Shown: positions 61,199 to 64,000 of the stretch, in pieces | How positions within the stretch are numbered: position 1 is the first letter of the stretch | How the letters are laid out: each line of letters begins with the position of its first letter | Assembly (NCBI GenBank): GCA_963780185.1 | Contig: CAWABA010000009.1 | Coordinates: 192,001 to 256,000, forward strand | DNA: 64,000 nucleotides | Direction: 5' to 3' | From: Candidatus Bathyarchaeota archaeon | GTDB lineage: Archaea > Thermoproteota > Bathyarchaeia > Bathyarchaeales > Bathycorpusculaceae | Translations under genes and position numbers: made by a program | Notes under the pieces: generated by a model | Told to the model about the DNA's origin: nothing | Seen by the model: only the letters and a program-made list of their open reading frames with translations | The model's database searches: none

Positions 61199-61548
61199 TT
61201 TCTTTTCCTCCTATCATTATTGAGATTTTTGATTTTTTGGGACCGCCCTTGCGCATTTTACGCATGGGCTCTATGTCTCTGATAGAGCTAAGCAGAATAG
61301 CAAAAGCGTCTCTTAAACTTTGTTGTCACATCTAAAGCAAACTTTTAAGATGCAAATTTTCGCAATCAAAACGGAAAAACGCTTTTTTTGTTGACGGGGT
61401 GCAAAACTGGGGCTTGTGGTTTTTCTTTTTGTTGATTTGGCTTTACTTTTGTTGTTTAAGTGTTGTACTGGGCATCCATTATTGTATTAAGTCGTAAGGT
61501 TTAATATGTGCTGAATGGTGAAGACAACAGTCAAACGGCTGTGAAAAA

Positions 61549-62028
61549 ATGACCAATGAAAAAAGATCAAAAAAACTCCTCATCACCGCAACAACATTGA
61601 CCGTTGTAACCTTAGCCATAATCGTATCAGTCTACGCTGTTGCAATACTTGGGACATTCCAAGGCGGTACAGTAAGTGTAGGCGGCGTCTCTTCAGGCAC
61701 AATCAGCTACAGCTCCGACAACACTGTTGGCGGAACATGGGCGCCGTCCCTTCAAGTAAGCAGTTCAACAGATCCGTGGTACGCAAAAATTCAAGTCAGC
61801 GGCTACACAGGACCCGTAACTATAACTTGGCAGCTTCAGGTTCAATCGGCGCCTTCAACTTGGACAAATGTGCCTGGCGCCGCCGTGACAACAACGACAT
61901 CGCTGACTGGAACCTCTCAAACAATCTATGCCTCAACCGACGGCTCAATAGGGTCAAACCAGAATTGGGGAAGCGACTGCTCAACGAACGGAACCTACAG
62001 CATCACCGTAACTGTTGACTCAGCATAA
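61549..62028 (+). CDS. Secreted or membrane-anchored Ser/Thr-rich beta-sandwich protein
   Basis: Basic N-terminus plus hydrophobic helix; Ser/Thr/Gly-rich body; T-rich terminator after the stop. Confidence 0.75.
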   Translation: MTNEKRSKKLLITATTLTVVTLAIIVSVYAVAILGTFQGGTVSVGGVSSGTISYSSDNTVGGTWAPSLQVSSSTDPWYAKIQVSGYTGPVTITWQLQVQSAPSTWTNVPGAAVTTTTSLTGTSQTIYASTDGSIGSNQNWGSDCSTNGTYSITVTVDSA

Positions 62029-62088
62029 TATAGATGCTGGCTCAACAAATTTTTTTAACCCACCCAACAAATAACTGTAGGGAAAAAC

Positions 62089-62565
62089 TTGGTTCCACTC
62101 CAAACCGAAGCATTAACTGCCGCAACCATCACATTAATCGCTGCAATCCTAACCATCTACGTCGCAGTCCTCAAACGGAACGGCTGGATAGGCAAACCCC
62201 CAGCTTCTAATCAGCCGAGCTCCCAGCTCCGAAAAATGTTCCAAACCAAGGGGAACTCGGCGAAAAATCAAACTCCTATGACTATTGAAACCGCCCTTTC
62301 CGCAGGCGACGAAGCCGCGAAAGAAGCTGAGGAGAAGGCGGATGCGCAGGAAACGGAAAAGAGGCTGCTGGTGAGGCAGAAATTGGTTGAGGCGCAAAGG
62401 TTGGTTGAAGCACAGAAATCTGTCAAAACCAAAAATCAGCGTCCCAGATGCATCCATTATTTTGGTTACCTCAACACTCTTCCAAGAGGCACAGAGGTTC
62501 CAGGCGAATGCCTACTATGCGCCAAACTGGTTGAATGCTACAAAGAAAAGAAGATAAGGCTCTAA
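62089..62565 (+). CDS. Membrane-anchored protein with C-terminal CxHYFGYL...ECxxC metal-binding domain
   Basis: N-terminal TM; RCIHYFGYLNTLP...PGECLLCAKLVEC. Confidence 0.72.
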   Translation: MVPLQTEALTAATITLIAAILTIYVAVLKRNGWIGKPPASNQPSSQLRKMFQTKGNSAKNQTPMTIETALSAGDEAAKEAEEKADAQETEKRLLVRQKLVEAQRLVEAQKSVKTKNQRPRCIHYFGYLNTLPRGTEVPGECLLCAKLVECYKEKKIRL

Positions 62566-62642
62566 GCCTCCAAAACCAGAACCTGCATTTTGCTTTAGAC
62601 CCGTTTGTGTTTTTTCGTAGGGGCACCCGATAGGAGGGCAAA

Positions 62643-62676
62643 CCATATACGGATTCCATATACACTTCCCATATAC
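62643..62676 (+). promoter_or_regulatory. Three CCATATAC direct repeats at 13-bp period (putative operator)
   Basis: Copies start at 62643, 62656 and 62669 and end 17 nt before the RHH-like gene. Confidence 0.55.
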
Positions 62677-62693
62677 ACGGAGAGAGAAAACGC

Positions 62694-63029
62694 TTGCCAA
62701 GACCCGTTAGAACCTTCAGGTTTGACCTTCAAGTCTACTCAGATTTCAAAGCTTTAGCTTCAAAAAACGGTTACACCGTGACAGCTGCACTTGAAAAATT
62801 CATGTCCAGCGCAATCCAGTTTGGGTTAGTTTTCCCCTCGGCGAAAGCGGAAGCCCAAGAAGCAGAGGCGCGGATAATGCTGGCATGGCTCAAAGAAGGC
62901 AAATACTGGGTAAACCTCGGAGACAAAGCCGAAACAAGCACAAGAGGACGGCTATTGCTGCTCTTGCCAAAAGTTGAAGATGCCGACTTAAGAAAAGACA
63001 TCGAAGAAACCCTGAAAAAGATAGCTTAG
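62694..63029 (+). CDS. Ribbon-helix-helix-like protein
   Basis: RTFRFD..VYSDFKALA..NGYTVTAALEKFM. Confidence 0.65.
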   Translation: MPRPVRTFRFDLQVYSDFKALASKNGYTVTAALEKFMSSAIQFGLVFPSAKAEAQEAEARIMLAWLKEGKYWVNLGDKAETSTRGRLLLLLPKVEDADLRKDIEETLKKIA

Positions 63030-63155
63030 CTTCTTGTTTTGCACTTTGACGGCAGCGGCATGCTTCATTTCAAGTTGATGTGCAGGACAGAAAAACTAAA
63101 TATCCAACATGCAACAGACATTGTTAACCGTGGGAAAAGCATGTCGTGATTTGCA

Positions 63156-63379
63156 TGGAAGAAATTGCAGACAGAATAGTTATTGATCCCGACGTTATGG
63201 TGGGAAAGCCCGTAATTAAGGGAACCCGTATCCCAGTTTACCTCCTTGTTGAGTTTGTAGCAAACGGCATGACAGAAAAAGAAATTCTAAAAGAGTACCC
63301 CCCGCTGAAAAAGGAAGACATCAAAGCCGCCCTTCTTTACGCCTCAAAGCATGGCGACCCAGTCCCAATCGAAACGTAA
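63156..63379 (+). CDS. DUF433 domain protein (second, orphan copy)
   Basis: DPDVMVGKPVIKGTRIPV...EILKEYP.LKKEDIKAALLYA. Confidence 0.88.
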
Positions 63380-63511
63380 TACAACTTCTGCCAAAATTGA
63401 AAACGCCAAACTAAGGACGGGCCTCGAAGAAACGCTAAAGAAGATGCCCTAACCCTTATTTTACTTGGTTCTCTGGCAACTTGCCAACATCCTCGAACCT
63501 AAATTAGTTTG

Positions 63512-64000
63512 TTACGTGTAGTTCCTTCTGAGGCAAGATGAGACAACGGGATCAACGAGAACATATAGTCCGCGGTCTGCCAATCTGATGACGTCAAACT
63601 TCACAAGTTGCTCGAGATAGAATTGAATGTAGTTCTGAGTCTTGTGAACTCTCCTCGCAAGTTCAGACGCCTCAATGGGATTGTCTACCTTCGCCATTTC
63701 CTTAACGATTTTCTTTAACAAGGGCCCTCCTTTGGCCGAGTTGAGATCTTCTGCTAAAACATAGTTAGTGTATATGTACAAAGTTCCCGCTGAGGGGGAA
63801 ATCAATTCGTCGAAGATTTTAAGAAGCGGAGCTTTGCCATCCCAGTGCTGAGCCATTACTGTGAGGTAGAAAGGGTTGCCGCCCACGATTTTCACGGCTT
63901 CAAGAGACTGCTCGCCAAGTTCTTGTCCACCCAGTTTGTTGTCTGGGTTTCTTTTTTGGAAGACAGTGCTAAAGAGTTCTTGGGCATAAACGGTTTCAAG
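63512..64000 (-). CDS. Archaeal ATPase C-terminal region with winged helix (5'-partial)
   Basis: GGNPFYL motif, HTH ASELARRV...YL..LV..D, Y.LVDPV; the frame is open to the window edge. Confidence 0.75.
   Translation of the reverse strand, partial: LETVYAQELFSTVFQKRNPDNKLGGQELGEQSLEAVKIVGGNPFYLTVMAQHWDGKAPLLKIFDELISPSAGTLYIYTNYVLAEDLNSAKGGPLLKKIVKEMAKVDNPIEASELARRVHKTQNYIQFYLEQLVKFDVIRLADRGLYVLVDPVVSSCLRRNYT

Noticed and set aside
1-64000. CRISPR array or cas genes
   Set aside because: No regularly spaced 25-40 bp repeats with unique spacers and no Cas motifs seen.
1-64000. Genome-wide TAG recoding to pyrrolysine
   Set aside because: Conserved genes such as tfb and hdrA end on TAG at their expected C-termini, and no pyl genes are in the window.

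Overview
Archaeal chromosomal window, most consistent with Bathyarchaeia (TFB, TrmB regulator next to a PQQ-type surface beta-propeller, HdrA-MvhD fusion, ribosomal eL22, stand-alone 5S rRNA, DUF1512). Housekeeping content: pyrD/pyrK, tfb, polyferredoxin-hdrA, trpS, map, lipS1-like radical SAM, 5S rRNA, tRNA-Ile(GAT) and tRNA-Arg(TCG). A ~20 kb minus-strand surface-glycan locus (10.7-30.4 kb) carries GT2/GT4 enzymes, a DUF2206-type membrane protein, two CelD/FemAB-like GNATs, an ATP-grasp ligase and a PIG-L deacetylase. It contains a 76-nt degenerate tRNA-like element and is bracketed by an inverted ~100-bp non-coding repeat. Small AT-rich cassettes are bounded by duplications: a secreted protein plus small membrane protein between two ~89%-identical MvhD copies, an HD dNTPase-like gene between 13-bp direct repeats, and a DUF433 gene between duplicated gene 3' ends. 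Also present: a CBS-HPF hibernation-factor-like gene, an orphan QueC-like gene and several sub-60-aa ORFs. Many genes carry single-base frameshifts that look like assembly indels. All family calls are from motif recognition by eye, with no database search.
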